A stretch of DNA of 64,000 nt from assembly GCA_965218095.1 (NCBI GenBank), contig OZ244587.1, positions 32,001-96,000 on the forward strand. Reading direction: 5' to 3'. The position numbers and the translations under genes were made by a program. Origin of the DNA: Candidatus Poribacteria bacterium. GTDB taxonomy: Bacteria > Poribacteria > WGA-4E > PCPOR2b. Under the pieces are notes generated by a model. The model worked only from the letters and a program-made list of their open reading frames with translations. It was not told where the DNA came from and ran no database searches. How positions within the stretch are numbered: position 1 is the stretch's first letter; the number at the start of each line of letters is the position of its first letter. Below are positions 9,671-20,021 of the stretch, piece after piece.

Positions 9671-11289
9671 ATGGATGGTAAACCGCGCTTCTACTTTTCC
9701 CTCTTTATGGGTCTGATTGCTTTTACGATTGCCTACTGTGCGATTACTCATTTTCAGATTCCACTCCCTCGCTACTATCCCACACTGAACCAGTGGTCGA
9801 TGATCAAAGACTCTGATCTTCCTTCGATGGGCTGGTATGCACAAACTAAAGTGGACCCATTGTCGAGGCCAAAATACAGGAAAAATAAGTAAGATATTTG
9901 AGATAAACTGACACTGCTTTAGCTCAGATAGACCTCAGCCGGGGTAGCATAATTTAGACTCTGGTGAGGTCGCTGTTGATTATAGAAACGGATATATTGA
10001 GTTAATCCATCAAACAGGGCTTGCCCTGTTTGGTAAAGTTTGTGATAAACATCTTCATACTTGACGCTTCGCCAAAACCGCTCAATGTAAATGTTGTCAA
10101 TGGCTCTCCCCACGCTGTCCATACTCATAGCAATACCATCGGCTTCGACCGTATCGGTGAAAGCATTGGCTGTAAACTGGACACCTTGGTCAGTATTGAA
10201 GATGATGGGGGTTGCCCCAGATAATGCGTGATGCAAAGCGTCGAGACAGAACTGCCCTGATAGACTATTGGATAACTCCCAAGTGATGACGTAACGACTA
10301 TACCAGTCGAGTATCGCCACCAGATACATAAACCCTTTATCCATCGGGATATAGGTAATGTCAGCCGACCAGACCTCATTGGCAGCGGTCACCTCATAGT
10401 CCCGTAATAGGTATGGGTAAATCCGATGCTCGCTGTTGATGGCTGAGGGTTTGGGATAAATCGCTTCTATACCCATCAAACGCATCAGTCGCTGGATGCG
10501 TTTGCGGTTCACACGGTAGCCAAGCCGCTTAAGATGTTGTGTCATTCGACGACTCCCATAGAAAGGGGTTTGCAGATACTGCTCATCTATTTGTCTCATC
10601 AGATGCAGATTGTCTGCTGACTCTGTAGCCGGTTGACAGTAGAGGGTTGACCGGGAAAAACCGAGCAATTCACACTGACGACGGATACTCAGTTTCAGGT
10701 GGTCGGGTTCAACGAGTGCCCGTCTCTGTTCAGCGGCTTGAGGCAGCTTTTTTTTTCAACCAGTCGAGTTCCATATTCAACCGACCAATTTGCTCATACA
10801 GGCTCGACTCCCTGTCATTTTGCTCACGCTGTCGCTAGGTCGGGTTGGTAGCGAAAATATCGCTACCTTGTTCAAGCAACTGTTTCTTCCATTGGCTGAT
10901 TTGGCTTGGGTGCAACTGATGCTCGCTTGCCAATTGGTTGATAGTTTTATCGGGCTTGATGGCTTCAACGGCTATTTGAAACTTGAATTTGGCAGTATGC
11001 CGAATCCGTTTGGTTGACATATTCAGACCTCCATTGGTGGACGGGAGTTAGACGTTATTTCTTACTTAACTCCTGGCCCGAATATTGGGGACCATTATAA
11101 ACAATCGCCAGTCTGTGCGTCAGGTGCGTCATCGGCGGCGTTGCCTACTTGTTTGCATCCCGTAGCCAACTGCTCAATGAACGTGCGATCTTGACGCAAA
11201 TTGCCGGTTGGATCGCGGTAATTTCCGCGATTTTGATGATGCTCTACATTGTTCAGCATGAATGGCGGCGCTGGATTATAGGACAGTAG
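9671..11289 (+). pseudogene. Small membrane protein split by an IS3 element
   Basis: 9671-9846 plus 11103-11289 rejoin in frame (...GWYAQT|IASLCVRCVIGGVAYLF...RRWIIGQ*), giving 120 aa. Confidence 0.85.
9847..11099 (-). mobile_element. IS3-family insertion sequence (orfA has a nonsense codon)
   Basis: Imperfect TIRs taaagtggaccc and ggggaccattata; AAC duplication. orfA starts at 11020 with an in-frame TAG at 10835-37; A9 run at 10748-56; DDE orfB (WSADITY, NTDQG, ERFWRSVKYE) ends at 9919. Confidence 0.93.
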
Positions 11290-11331
11290 TGGCTTACACC
11301 AATGACTAACAGGCTATCATCCCGACTTCGC

Positions 11332-12438
11332 TTATTGCAGCCGCCCCCGGCCCAGGAGTTGCCAGACCGTTTCGACGGTGCCTTCGCGGATGCCGTAGAG
11401 CTCGTTGTGCAGCGCCACAGTTACATCAGAGTAGCCGACGACGAATTCAATCTTGTCTCCCACGCGCGGCGCCTTGCTCGGTTCAGCCAGTTCGATCTTT
11501 CCGTGTTCTGCTGACATCGCCACCGATTCCACTCCTGTGATGCCGATGGGTTCGGGATCCGCTGCACCTTCACTTATTGTCTTCTTCCCCGCATCACAAA
11601 TAATCCGCGTGGGAGTCGGCCGGCTGGTAACCGTCGACAGAACCGTGAGCGCATACGGATGCTCGACGCCAAACTGATGTCGGTAGATAATGTCACAGAA
11701 GATTCCACCGCCCGCTTCAATCTCCGTGATACCCGGTTGGAAGGCGCTGATCCAGTAGGTCCCCGTCCCGCCACAACTGATGATATCGATGGACATTCCT
11801 TCGTTCCGGCATTTCTGAGCTGTCTCGGTAAGTTTAGTCAGCGCCTCGTTAATAACCCGTCGCTTCTCGTCCAGATCCGGGATGCGCAGGGCAATCGACT
11901 CCCAGGTCATGAGCCCAGCGAGTTGCACCCCTTCTCTGCCATGAATCTTGCGAGCCAGAGTGAGGGTAGGCTCCCCAGGTTCCACGCCGGCGCGGTTCAT
12001 GCCGGTGTTCACTTCAATGACAACACGGAGACGGACGCCCTTCTCACGGGCAGCCTGGTCAAGGGCAGCCACGTTTTCCTCGCTGTCAACGGCTACGATG
12101 ACGTCGGCGTGCCGACGCAGGTTGACCAGCCGGGTAATCTTCTGTGGTCCCACGATCTGGTTGGCGATCAGGATGTCCCGAATGCCGCCGGCTGCCATGA
12201 TTTCGGCTTCACCGAGCTTGGCACAGGTGACGCCGATGGCGCCTGCCTCCAGGAGCTTATGAGCGAGCGCAGGGGTTTTCATCCCCTTGGTATGTGGTCG
12301 CCAGTTGACCCCGGCTTCCTGAATGATGGTGGACGCCATCCGTTTGATATTACGCTCCATCGTGGGCAGATCTACCAGAAGCACTGGCGTGTCCAGTTCC
12401 TCTTTGCGACAACCAATGATACTCATTTGTCCCATCAT
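11332..12438 (-). CDS. DSD1/D-threonine aldolase-like PLP enzyme (alanine racemase fold)
   Basis: LDTPVLLVD, RPHTK, GMNRAGV, GGTGT, DAGKK and SAEHG motifs. Confidence 0.88.
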   Translation of the reverse strand: MMGQMSIIGCRKEELDTPVLLVDLPTMERNIKRMASTIIQEAGVNWRPHTKGMKTPALAHKLLEAGAIGVTCAKLGEAEIMAAGGIRDILIANQIVGPQKITRLVNLRRHADVIVAVDSEENVAALDQAAREKGVRLRVVIEVNTGMNRAGVEPGEPTLTLARKIHGREGVQLAGLMTWESIALRIPDLDEKRRVINEALTKLTETAQKCRNEGMSIDIISCGGTGTYWISAFQPGITEIEAGGGIFCDIIYRHQFGVEHPYALTVLSTVTSRPTPTRIICDAGKKTISEGAADPEPIGITGVESVAMSAEHGKIELAEPSKAPRVGDKIEFVVGYSDVTVALHNELYGIREGTVETVWQLLGRGRLQ

Positions 12439-12757
12439 AATAAACCCGCAACCCTCATCCCTGAGTTATCGGGGTGAGGCATGCGGTCTCCTTCCTTTCT
12501 ATTTGACAATTGAAGATTAAAAAAACAGTCATACAAGTCCACCAATTTGAGGCATGGGTCTTACCTTTCGCGTAATCCGCAGAGCAAAAATAAATTATCC
12601 GCTGATTTCGCGAATTTCTTTGCGGAAAATTTGTGAAAATTCGCGTCAATTCGCGGATAAAATCTCGGACCACTTGGCGGAAAAACCCCGCTGCTGAACA
12701 TACCACAAGATATTGTATGGTTTAATTCGAGAATACACAATTTTATAATGCGAACGG

Positions 12758-12800
12758 TAAGTGAGTCAATAGAAAATTGTCAATTCTATTGACTCACTTA
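12758..12800. terminator. Perfect 17-bp inverted repeat overlapping the dehydratase stop codon
   Basis: taagtgagtcaatagaa-N9-ttctattgactcactta. Confidence 0.5.
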
Positions 12801-14809
12801 TTAGCGTTCGTGTGGCGCAGGGCAAGTGCCTCCTTGCCGGCCGCTAGCGTTTGTAGAATTGTATCGACATCATAGACACAGCCGCCCCACGTGCCGCCGC
12901 CGACGCCCTGGAGCGCCGCCCATAGGTGTGTATCGTCCGGCAGCATCTCATCAGCAGAAAGATCCGGACGTGGCGATCTCTCCGCTAAGATACGTGTGCC
13001 TTCCTCGACCCCGAAGATGGTCTCGCCATGACCGACTAAATCGACGTTCCCCTCAAGTCGATTCCGATTAATAACGATCCGGATCTGATCGCCGTCAAGC
13101 ACCTTGCCGATGGGACCCCCTGCCAGCGCCTCAGGTCCAATATGTCCAATGCATGCGCCGGTCGATACGCCAGAGAATCGTGCATCGGTGATCAAGGCAA
13201 TACGCTTACCAAACGAAAGGTGCTTGAGGGCAGCGGTGATCTGGTAGACCTCCTCCATGCCGGTGCCCATTGGACCACGACAGCAGAGCACCATTACCTC
13301 ACCCGACTTGATCCTATCCCCACCATAGTTTTTAATTGCCTGGACAGCGTCACGCTCACGGACGAATACACGCGCCGGGCCAGTCATACGATAGACGCCA
13401 TCGGTATCGACAACGTCCGGATCGATCGCGGTGCTCTTAATCACCGAGCCTTCAGGGGCGAGATTCCCACGTGGAAAGGTGACGGTCCTGGTCAGTTCAC
13501 GCATCTTTGCAGTGTCCGGATTCATGATGACGTCATCTGGATCGACGCTATCCCGCTCCATCAAAAGATCTCGCAGCCGCTGACGGCGTTCAGATTTCAC
13601 CCACCAATCCAGATTTCGTCCAAGTGGTTCGCCTGAAGCGGTCATCACATCTTCGTTCAATAAGCCTAACGCTCGCAGGTGCAGCATTACTTCAGGGACG
13701 CCGCCTGCGAGAAAGACGCGAACTGTCGGATGTCCAACGGGCCCATTCGGGAGAACATCAACGAGGCGAGGCGTCTGCCGGTTGATTGCGATCCAATCTT
13801 CTACGGTCGGGCGATCTAATTTCGCCGCGTGAGCGACTGCGGGGATGTGCAGGAGCAGGTTAGTCGAACCGCCGAAAGCGGCATGGATAATCATCGCGTT
13901 GCGAACTGCGTCGTCCGTCAAAATTCGTGCCATTGTGATGCCTTTCGCTTCGAGGTTGACAAGAGAGCGAGCGGATCGCTTTGCCATGTCCGACCAGATC
14001 GGCTGACCTGAGGGCGCGAGCGCGGAATGTAGGAGCGTCATTCCTAACCCCTCTGCAACGACTTGTGAGGTTGCGGCTGTCCCCAAAAATTGGCACCCAC
14101 CCCCCGGACTTGCGCAGGCTTTGCACCCGAGATCGGCGGCATCCTGCAAGGAGATTTCTCCGTGTGTAAAACGGGCTCCAATGGACTGGATCTTGCCCGC
14201 ATCCTCACCTTCCGTGGGCGGCAGCGTCACACCGCCGGGAACTAATATGCACGGCAGGTCGTGCATCGCAGCGATGGCAATCATCGCTGCCGGCAGCCCT
14301 TTATCGCAGGTTGCCACCATCATCACGCCTTTGCGCGTTGGCAGCGATCGGATCAAGCGTCGGAAGAGCATGGCAGCGTCATTGCGATAGGCAAGGCTAT
14401 CCATCATGCCAACGGTACCCTGCGTGCGTCCGTCACATGGGTCTGAACAGAATCCGGCAAATGGAATGCCGCCGAGTGCTTTGAACTCGTGCGCTGCCTC
14501 CTGCATCAGCAAACCGATCTCCCAATGCCCGGTGTGATAGCCGAGCGCGATTGGCGTACCGTCCGGCGCACGAATGCCGCCTTGCGTACTCAGAATGAGA
14601 AACTGTTTCCGATTCAGTTCAGCGGGAGCCCAGCCCATGCCAGCGTTGTGGCTCAACCCAAAGACATTGCCACTGGGCCAATTGAGCAACATATCTTCTG
14701 TGAGCGGTAAACTGCCTTCTGGACCGGGGGAGTGTGTTTCGATGTCGTAGATTGCGGCATCGTTAGAATCAAGCAGATCGTCGAAATCAAGGGTTTTCGG
14801 AGAAGCCAT
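12794..14809 (-). CDS. YjhG/YagF-type sugar-acid (D-xylonate-like) dehydratase, IlvD/Edd family
   Basis: [41 protein letters not shown] and [12 protein letters not shown]. Confidence 0.9.
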   Translation of the reverse strand: MASPKTLDFDDLLDSNDAAIYDIETHSPGPEGSLPLTEDMLLNWPSGNVFGLSHNAGMGWAPAELNRKQFLILSTQGGIRAPDGTPIALGYHTGHWEIGLLMQEAAHEFKALGGIPFAGFCSDPCDGRTQGTVGMMDSLAYRNDAAMLFRRLIRSLPTRKGVMMVATCDKGLPAAMIAIAAMHDLPCILVPGGVTLPPTEGEDAGKIQSIGARFTHGEISLQDAADLGCKACASPGGGCQFLGTAATSQVVAEGLGMTLLHSALAPSGQPIWSDMAKRSARSLVNLEAKGITMARILTDDAVRNAMIIHAAFGGSTNLLLHIPAVAHAAKLDRPTVEDWIAINRQTPRLVDVLPNGPVGHPTVRVFLAGGVPEVMLHLRALGLLNEDVMTASGEPLGRNLDWWVKSERRQRLRDLLMERDSVDPDDVIMNPDTAKMRELTRTVTFPRGNLAPEGSVIKSTAIDPDVVDTDGVYRMTGPARVFVRERDAVQAIKNYGGDRIKSGEVMVLCCRGPMGTGMEEVYQITAALKHLSFGKRIALITDARFSGVSTGACIGHIGPEALAGGPIGKVLDGDQIRIVINRNRLEGNVDLVGHGETIFGVEEGTRILAERSPRPDLSADEMLPDDTHLWAALQGVGGGTWGGCVYDVDTILQTLAAGKEALALRHTNANK

Positions 14810-14855
14810 GTTATACCAATCTTCGTTTCAAAGTAGGAAAGAAAATTATCACATT

Positions 14856-15044
14856 TCAGAGCGGTTTGCCGCGTAACGCCTCTCGACAACCTGTCACACC
14901 ATTGCCGGTGACGTTATAACCAAAAAAGGTGTTCATCCGCCGGGGAAGGTTCGATGTGTTGGCGGCAGAGCCGTATATAATCAGCGCATTGAAAAATACG
15001 CCATCCCCCGGTTTTATCTCGACCGGGACGACATCATAGGGATA
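14856..15044 (-). pseudogene. C-terminal remnant of a PhyH-family dioxygenase
   Basis: Translates VVPVEIKPGDGVFFNALIIYGSAANTSNLPRR; no start codon; not in the ORF track. Confidence 0.75.
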
Positions 15045-16948
15045 TTAGCTGTTTTCCAGAAAATCCCAAAGCGTCTCGAATTGCACTTCTGAAACGGGTT
15101 TATGCCGCAGGATGGTGTTGATATTCTGTTCATCCATGTAGTCTGGCACAAACTTCAGTCCTTTGCGTAACTCTTCGCGGCTGAGGCCCATCGCTGTCGG
15201 CCAGCGACGCACATGGCACTTATCCAGCCGCTCGATCAGGGTATCGGGCTGCTCATTGCACTGCCAAGCGATGATGGTTGCCCCTAAGGCGACCATCTCT
15301 CCATGGATGTAGCCTGTGTCATTCACTAGGTTCTGTTGACATTTGAGTATAAGGTTGTAGCATAATAGAAGAATGACGCCAATAACCTTACCTGATGAAC
15401 AATGGAATAAGATATACCGGTTTCTTCTAAGCTGTCTCACCATCTATGTTGGCGACGAAGCTGCTACACGCCGCTTCGTCGAAGCCGTCCTGTGGGTGAC
15501 TCGTAGCGGGGCTCAATGGAGACTTCTACCAGACACCTATGGCAAATCGAACACCCGCTACAAGCGGTTTGCTCGATGGTGCGACAAAGGTATCTTCACA
15601 CAGATGCACCACCACTTTGCCTCTGACCCCGATATCGAGTCGTTTATTGTAGACAGTACCATCTGCCGCGCTCACCCGTCTGCGGCGGGTGCCTTAAAAA
15701 GCTGGCGCCTTAAAAAAAAGGGTGGCACTGAAAACTAAGCATTAGGTCGGTCTCGGGGCAGTTTCAGTACAAAAAATCACATCACAGTTGACGGACTAGG
15801 CAATCCCCTAAGAATTCATCTGACACCCGGTCAGAGACATGACATAACTGAGGCGGAAGGGTTGATAATCGGATATAACAGTGAATGTGTGATTGGAGAC
15901 AAGGGGTACGATTCGGACGCTTTTATCGCGGTTATTGAGGCGAATGGAGCGATTGCGGTGATACCGCCAAAAAGTCATCGTGTTGACCAAAGAACGTATG
16001 ACAAACACTTATTACAAAGAGAGACATCGGGTTGAATGTTTCATCAACAAGATAAAATGGTATCGTCGTATCTTCTCTCGGTTTGAGAAACTAGCTGTCC
16101 GTTATTTTGGATTTCTCAGCTTTGTCGCCACTCTTATATGGCTCCCTTGAAATGTCAACAGAACCTAATTCCATGGCAAGCTAGAAGGGGTGATCACCGC
16201 TCTCAGCCTCCGGTTGCTGAATCCACCTAGAATCACGCTCTTGCATACTTTTCATAATGTGATGCACGCTGTCCGTGGTCAAATCTCCCTGCTCATTGAG
16301 GGTCTCCTCGAAGCCTTGAGAGATTTCTTCATAGTGGCTGAGAACCGCGTTGATCGCCGCTTCATCACAGGGAGGGCCGAGACCGTTCTTAGATCTCCAT
16401 CGCCACTCCGCCAGCCCGGCATATCCACAGAGGATATCGCCGAGGCCAGCCGTGTTCAGATAATAAGGCGCTTCGAGAACCAGGTCATCGTCTACAAGAA
16501 CATATTCACAGTCAACCTACGGACAGTCTTCAAGCTCGCCAATTATTTTTCGACCGTCCCATTTCGCCACAACCCCATGGATAATCGCGCCCGTTGAAAT
16601 AATTGTCGGAACCATGATCAGCGGCAGGTCTTTATCGAGTGCTGTAAACTTCGAGGCATCCAGCGCCCGACCACCGTCCAGTCCAACCACCAACTCTGCA
16701 TCATCAGGCAGGTTATCACTAATCTCCTTTTGGTGTTTGGAATCCAGCCACACAGCATAGCCCACGCCTGCAGGTTCTTGGGACAGATACAATTGCGCAG
16801 TCCTGTACGCACTTGGTGTGGATACCATCAAGTAACGCGGCCACCTGGAACTTTCATTTTTCAGCAGCCCGGAGCCGTAACGGATATCATATTCCGCCGC
16901 CGGCTTCATTTGATTCCCGTGAGACCAGCCACGGACAGGTTTATTCAT
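15045..16948 (-). pseudogene. Glycerol-1-phosphate dehydrogenase / dehydroquinate-synthase-like dehydrogenase pseudogene
   Basis: GLDGGRALDASK, VPTIIST, AGLGD, DHPF and IHGEMVALG in one frame after removing the IS5; TAG stops at 16517 and 16181. Confidence 0.85.
15329..16165 (+). mobile_element. IS5-family element (IS427-like), defective copy
   Basis: 16-bp TIRs and TA duplication. Relative to the 46650 copy it has a 16-bp insertion at 15691, CAA>TAA at 15736 and one extra base near 16010. Confidence 0.95.
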
Positions 16949-16975
16949 GTCCTTTACCTTTCATTTTGCGCCGAC

Positions 16976-17878
16976 CTAACTTGCACGGTTGGGAAACCTT
17001 AAAAACTGCTTTGCATTCCCGCCCATGATGTCATCGTGTTCATGCTCGGATAAATCCGGCAGTAGCTCTTTAATAATGGTTGTGAGTCGACCGTAGCCGG
17101 GGTCTTCCAAGATCCACGGAAAATCGGTCGCCCACATCAGACGCTTTGCGCCATAGTGGTTCAAGATGCGCTGATGCCAGCCGGCGATGTCGCGATAAGG
17201 GAACGCTTCGTTGCTGAAGGCGTATTGGCCGGACAGATGGACGGTCACGTTTTCAAAGCGTGCGAGGCGGTGGGTTGTATGAAATGCGGGGTTGTACATC
17301 GGAGTTTCGATCCGCGGGCGACCTTTTGCATCCCAGGAGAATTTCCCTTTACCCGGACAGATGCCAAGGTGGTTCAATACGACCCTGACTTGAGGAAAGG
17401 CTTCCAGCAGATAAGGAATCAAATGCGCATCAACAGCTCGCGGGTAGAGCCAGAGAACATAGTCACGGTCTGCAGCATGCTTCCAGATTCGATAGGTTCC
17501 AAATTCCCTCACATTCATTCGATCAAAGGGGTCTTTGGGGCCGCCAATCGAGGAAAGCCGAAAACCGATAATCCCCGTCCCATCTGTTAATCGGTCCATG
17601 TGGTGTTCCGGTTCAGAGAGATCTGGGGGTATCAGCCCAATGCCGAGGAAACGGTCAGGGTACGTTTTCAGGCAGTGCAGGAGGTAGGCGTGGTGTTCAA
17701 TGCGAGTTCCACCGGTCTGCACCAACATTGCCTGAACGATTCCGTGTGTTTCCATTTCGACCAACAGTTTCTCGGCAGTCTCCTCTCGGTTAGCTGGGCA
17801 AACCGGCGTGGGTTCCCTCGGAAACTCAGAGGAAACTTTGGCGAAAACGTGAAGATGGGAATCGATTCGAGTCATCAT
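16976..17878 (-). CDS. Amidohydrolase_2 family protein (sugar lactonase-like)
   Basis: IDSHLHVF, VLNHLG, LSG and LMWATDFPW motifs. Confidence 0.88.
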   Translation of the reverse strand: MMTRIDSHLHVFAKVSSEFPREPTPVCPANREETAEKLLVEMETHGIVQAMLVQTGGTRIEHHAYLLHCLKTYPDRFLGIGLIPPDLSEPEHHMDRLTDGTGIIGFRLSSIGGPKDPFDRMNVREFGTYRIWKHAADRDYVLWLYPRAVDAHLIPYLLEAFPQVRVVLNHLGICPGKGKFSWDAKGRPRIETPMYNPAFHTTHRLARFENVTVHLSGQYAFSNEAFPYRDIAGWHQRILNHYGAKRLMWATDFPWILEDPGYGRLTTIIKELLPDLSEHEHDDIMGGNAKQFLRFPNRAS

Positions 17879-18591
17879 TCTTCCAGGCTAAAAAGTTTAC
17901 GGCGTTCCGGTGTCGTGCAGTGGCGGGCGATAGAAGCGAACCTTTTCGGATCAACGCGATCCGGTGTTCTATTCTCATAAATGAGAATAATGGATTTTCT
18001 TGATGTATCGGTGTGGTTATCCATGGCAGTATGCCAGCCGTATGAATTAAACATAATGGCGGTCCCCGCTTTTCCAGGAAACCTCTTGTGACCGGGCATC
18101 GCTTCTAACTGATGCATCCTGAAGTAAGGTCCTGCGTCGGGCTTGTGGCTGCCCGGCACATAAGCAAATTCACCGCCCCTGGGTTTGACATTGTCCACAT
18201 AAACCTGCACTTTGATATGCAACGGATTGCTGTGGGGCACATCGGGGTGCCAACCAGAGTAACAGACGGGGCCCGGCGCGACAGTGCGCACCTGTGGGCC
18301 CAGTAAGATCAGATCATCGTTTGTGAAGGTCATGAGACTGCCATAGTAGCTGGGATGATCAACCAGGTCCACGAAGATCTTATCTTTTTCAAAGGGGTCG
18401 GGGATGTCGTAAAACGTCGCCGCCGCTTCGCCAGCTTCGATACGCTCCAGCCATTCCGGTTTGCACTTTTCGGACCAGTAATCAAAGGCGTCCTGGAGCC
18501 GACGCAATTTGTCGCCTTGAATTGCGTTTTCAAAGACCAGGTAACCTTTTTCTTCCCACTGTATTCTTTGGGCTTCGGTGGGTCTAATCAT
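17875..18591 (-). CDS. Phytanoyl-CoA dioxygenase (PhyH) family 2OG-Fe(II) oxygenase
   Basis: GYLV, WHPD, VPGSH and WHTAMDN..R; RBS GGGAGG. Confidence 0.88.
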   Translation of the reverse strand: MIRPTEAQRIQWEEKGYLVFENAIQGDKLRRLQDAFDYWSEKCKPEWLERIEAGEAAATFYDIPDPFEKDKIFVDLVDHPSYYGSLMTFTNDDLILLGPQVRTVAPGPVCYSGWHPDVPHSNPLHIKVQVYVDNVKPRGGEFAYVPGSHKPDAGPYFRMHQLEAMPGHKRFPGKAGTAIMFNSYGWHTAMDNHTDTSRKSIILIYENRTPDRVDPKRFASIARHCTTPERRKLFSLEE

Positions 18592-18627
18592 GGGGTGCCT
18601 CCCGTTGTTGCATGGTAGAATGACAGC

Positions 18628-18656
18628 ATTATAGCAAAAATCGAGTTGGGAGTCAA
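18628..18656 (-). promoter_or_regulatory. Sigma70-type promoter
   Basis: TTGACT-17-TATAAT upstream of the PhyH start at 18591. Confidence 0.7.
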
Positions 18657-18877
18657 TCAAAATTATTCCGCCCCGAAAACGTGAACAAGATTTAATGGTC
18701 ACAACTGACCGCTGTAGTCACTGATAACTATATCTTTTGGTCACCAGGGAGTTGAAATGCTAAACGAAGCCATCGCGGTTGATTCCAAAGGGAAGTTGGC
18801 GACAAGATTGGGAAAATCAAGAGGAGAAGGTAATTGAAGCGTGAATCTCAGGCGGCTAGTGGTTTTAGATCGCCGCA

Positions 18878-18910
18878 AACCTTGCGAAGGTTTCAAACCT
18901 TCGCAAGGTT
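18878..18910. repeat. AACCTT-N3-AAGGTT double palindrome (REP-like family)
   Basis: Related copies at 20861, 20946, 22900, 24431, 42848 and 55496. Confidence 0.8.
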
Positions 18911-18923
18911 AAGCACTACAAAA

Positions 18924-19169
18924 TCAGGAAGAACTTACAATTCGGCGGGATTTGAGTTCATCAATCTCCTGTTGCTGCTGATTCAGCTGCTCAACCACAA
19001 CCTGCAACGGGCGCTCAAGGCGATCGCCGAGTTCTCGCATCTCCGTCCGCAGATCTTGAATCTGCTGTTGGGTGATAGCGCGTTCCGCGTTAATCTGCTG
19101 CTGCGCGGTGGCGCGTTCAGCCTGAATCAATTGTTGGACTTCCGCCCGCTCACGCCGTATTTGGCTCAT
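18924..19169 (-). CDS. Small Q/E/R-rich coiled-coil protein, possibly a fragment
   Basis: Three 11-residue ERA..QQ.I repeats; ATGA overlap with the upstream gene. Confidence 0.55.
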   Translation of the reverse strand: MSQIRRERAEVQQLIQAERATAQQQINAERAITQQQIQDLRTEMRELGDRLERPLQVVVEQLNQQQQEIDELKSRRIVSSS

Positions 19170-19960
19170 GCCGTCTGACTTTCTTTGCTGAGGCCGTTGA
19201 TGTCTTGCATTTCTTCAGGCGTTAGCTCCCAATCAAACAACGCAAGGTTCTCTCTCAAATGGGAGTCAGAACTGGCTTTGGGGATGACAATCAAGCCTTT
19301 CTGGAGCAGCCATCGTAAGGCGACTTGAGCCGCTGTTTTTCCGTGTTTTTCACCAATCGTCTTCAAGGTCGGATCGCTGACGATTCGCCCGACCGCCAAA
19401 GGACGATGGGCAGTCAGGATAATCTGATGCTTATGACAATGCTGCAAAAGATCTTCTCGGCCATGGTGGGCGTGGTACTCCACCTGGTTCGTACTGATGG
19501 GAACCTGAGAAACTGCCCTTGCCCGATCAACCTGGTCAATACTAAAATTGCTGATGCCGATACTTGCGGCCTTGCGTGCATCGTAGATCTCTTTGAAGGC
19601 GGACAGGGTTTCTTCCATCGGCACAGTTCCATCACCGGGGTGGTGAATCAGTAGCAGATCCACGTAATCGGTTTGCAGTTGCTCCAGGCATTCTTCGCAC
19701 TGAGACAGAACCTCGTTGTACTTCAGATGGGTTTGGTGGATCTTGGAGGTGATAAACAGTTCATCTCTGGCAGCACCTATTTCCTGTAAAGCCTCCCCGA
19801 TCGCCCGCTGATTCTCATACATCCAGGCGGTATCAATATGGGTATATCCCAGGTCGATAGCTTTTTTGACGACCACTTTGCACTGTCTTCCCCGTAATGC
19901 CCATGTTCCCAGTCCGAGGACGGGAATCGTATGGCCTGATACGAGTCTGATGGCTTCCAT
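19166..19960 (-). CDS. Aldo/keto reductase (DkgB-like)
   Basis: LGLGTW, IDTAWMY, FITSK, DLLLIH, IGISNF, NQVEYH and IPKAS. Confidence 0.93.
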   Translation of the reverse strand: MEAIRLVSGHTIPVLGLGTWALRGRQCKVVVKKAIDLGYTHIDTAWMYENQRAIGEALQEIGAARDELFITSKIHQTHLKYNEVLSQCEECLEQLQTDYVDLLLIHHPGDGTVPMEETLSAFKEIYDARKAASIGISNFSIDQVDRARAVSQVPISTNQVEYHAHHGREDLLQHCHKHQIILTAHRPLAVGRIVSDPTLKTIGEKHGKTAAQVALRWLLQKGLIVIPKASSDSHLRENLALFDWELTPEEMQDINGLSKESQTA

Positions 19961-20021
19961 AAGTTTTCCTCCTATGCTGATGATTTTTAACAAACAAATT
20001 AGTTCAAGGCAGCTAATTCAG

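Noticed and set aside
11659-12477. Long antisense or alternate-frame ORFs (also 19866-20627, 32118-32924, 44881-45708)
   Set aside because: These are shadows of well-supported genes, with no motifs or RBS.
15016-16948. Archaeal-type ether lipid synthesis implied by the G1PDH-like gene
   Set aside because: The gene is divergent, pseudogenised and in a catabolic context, and no GGGP synthase is nearby.
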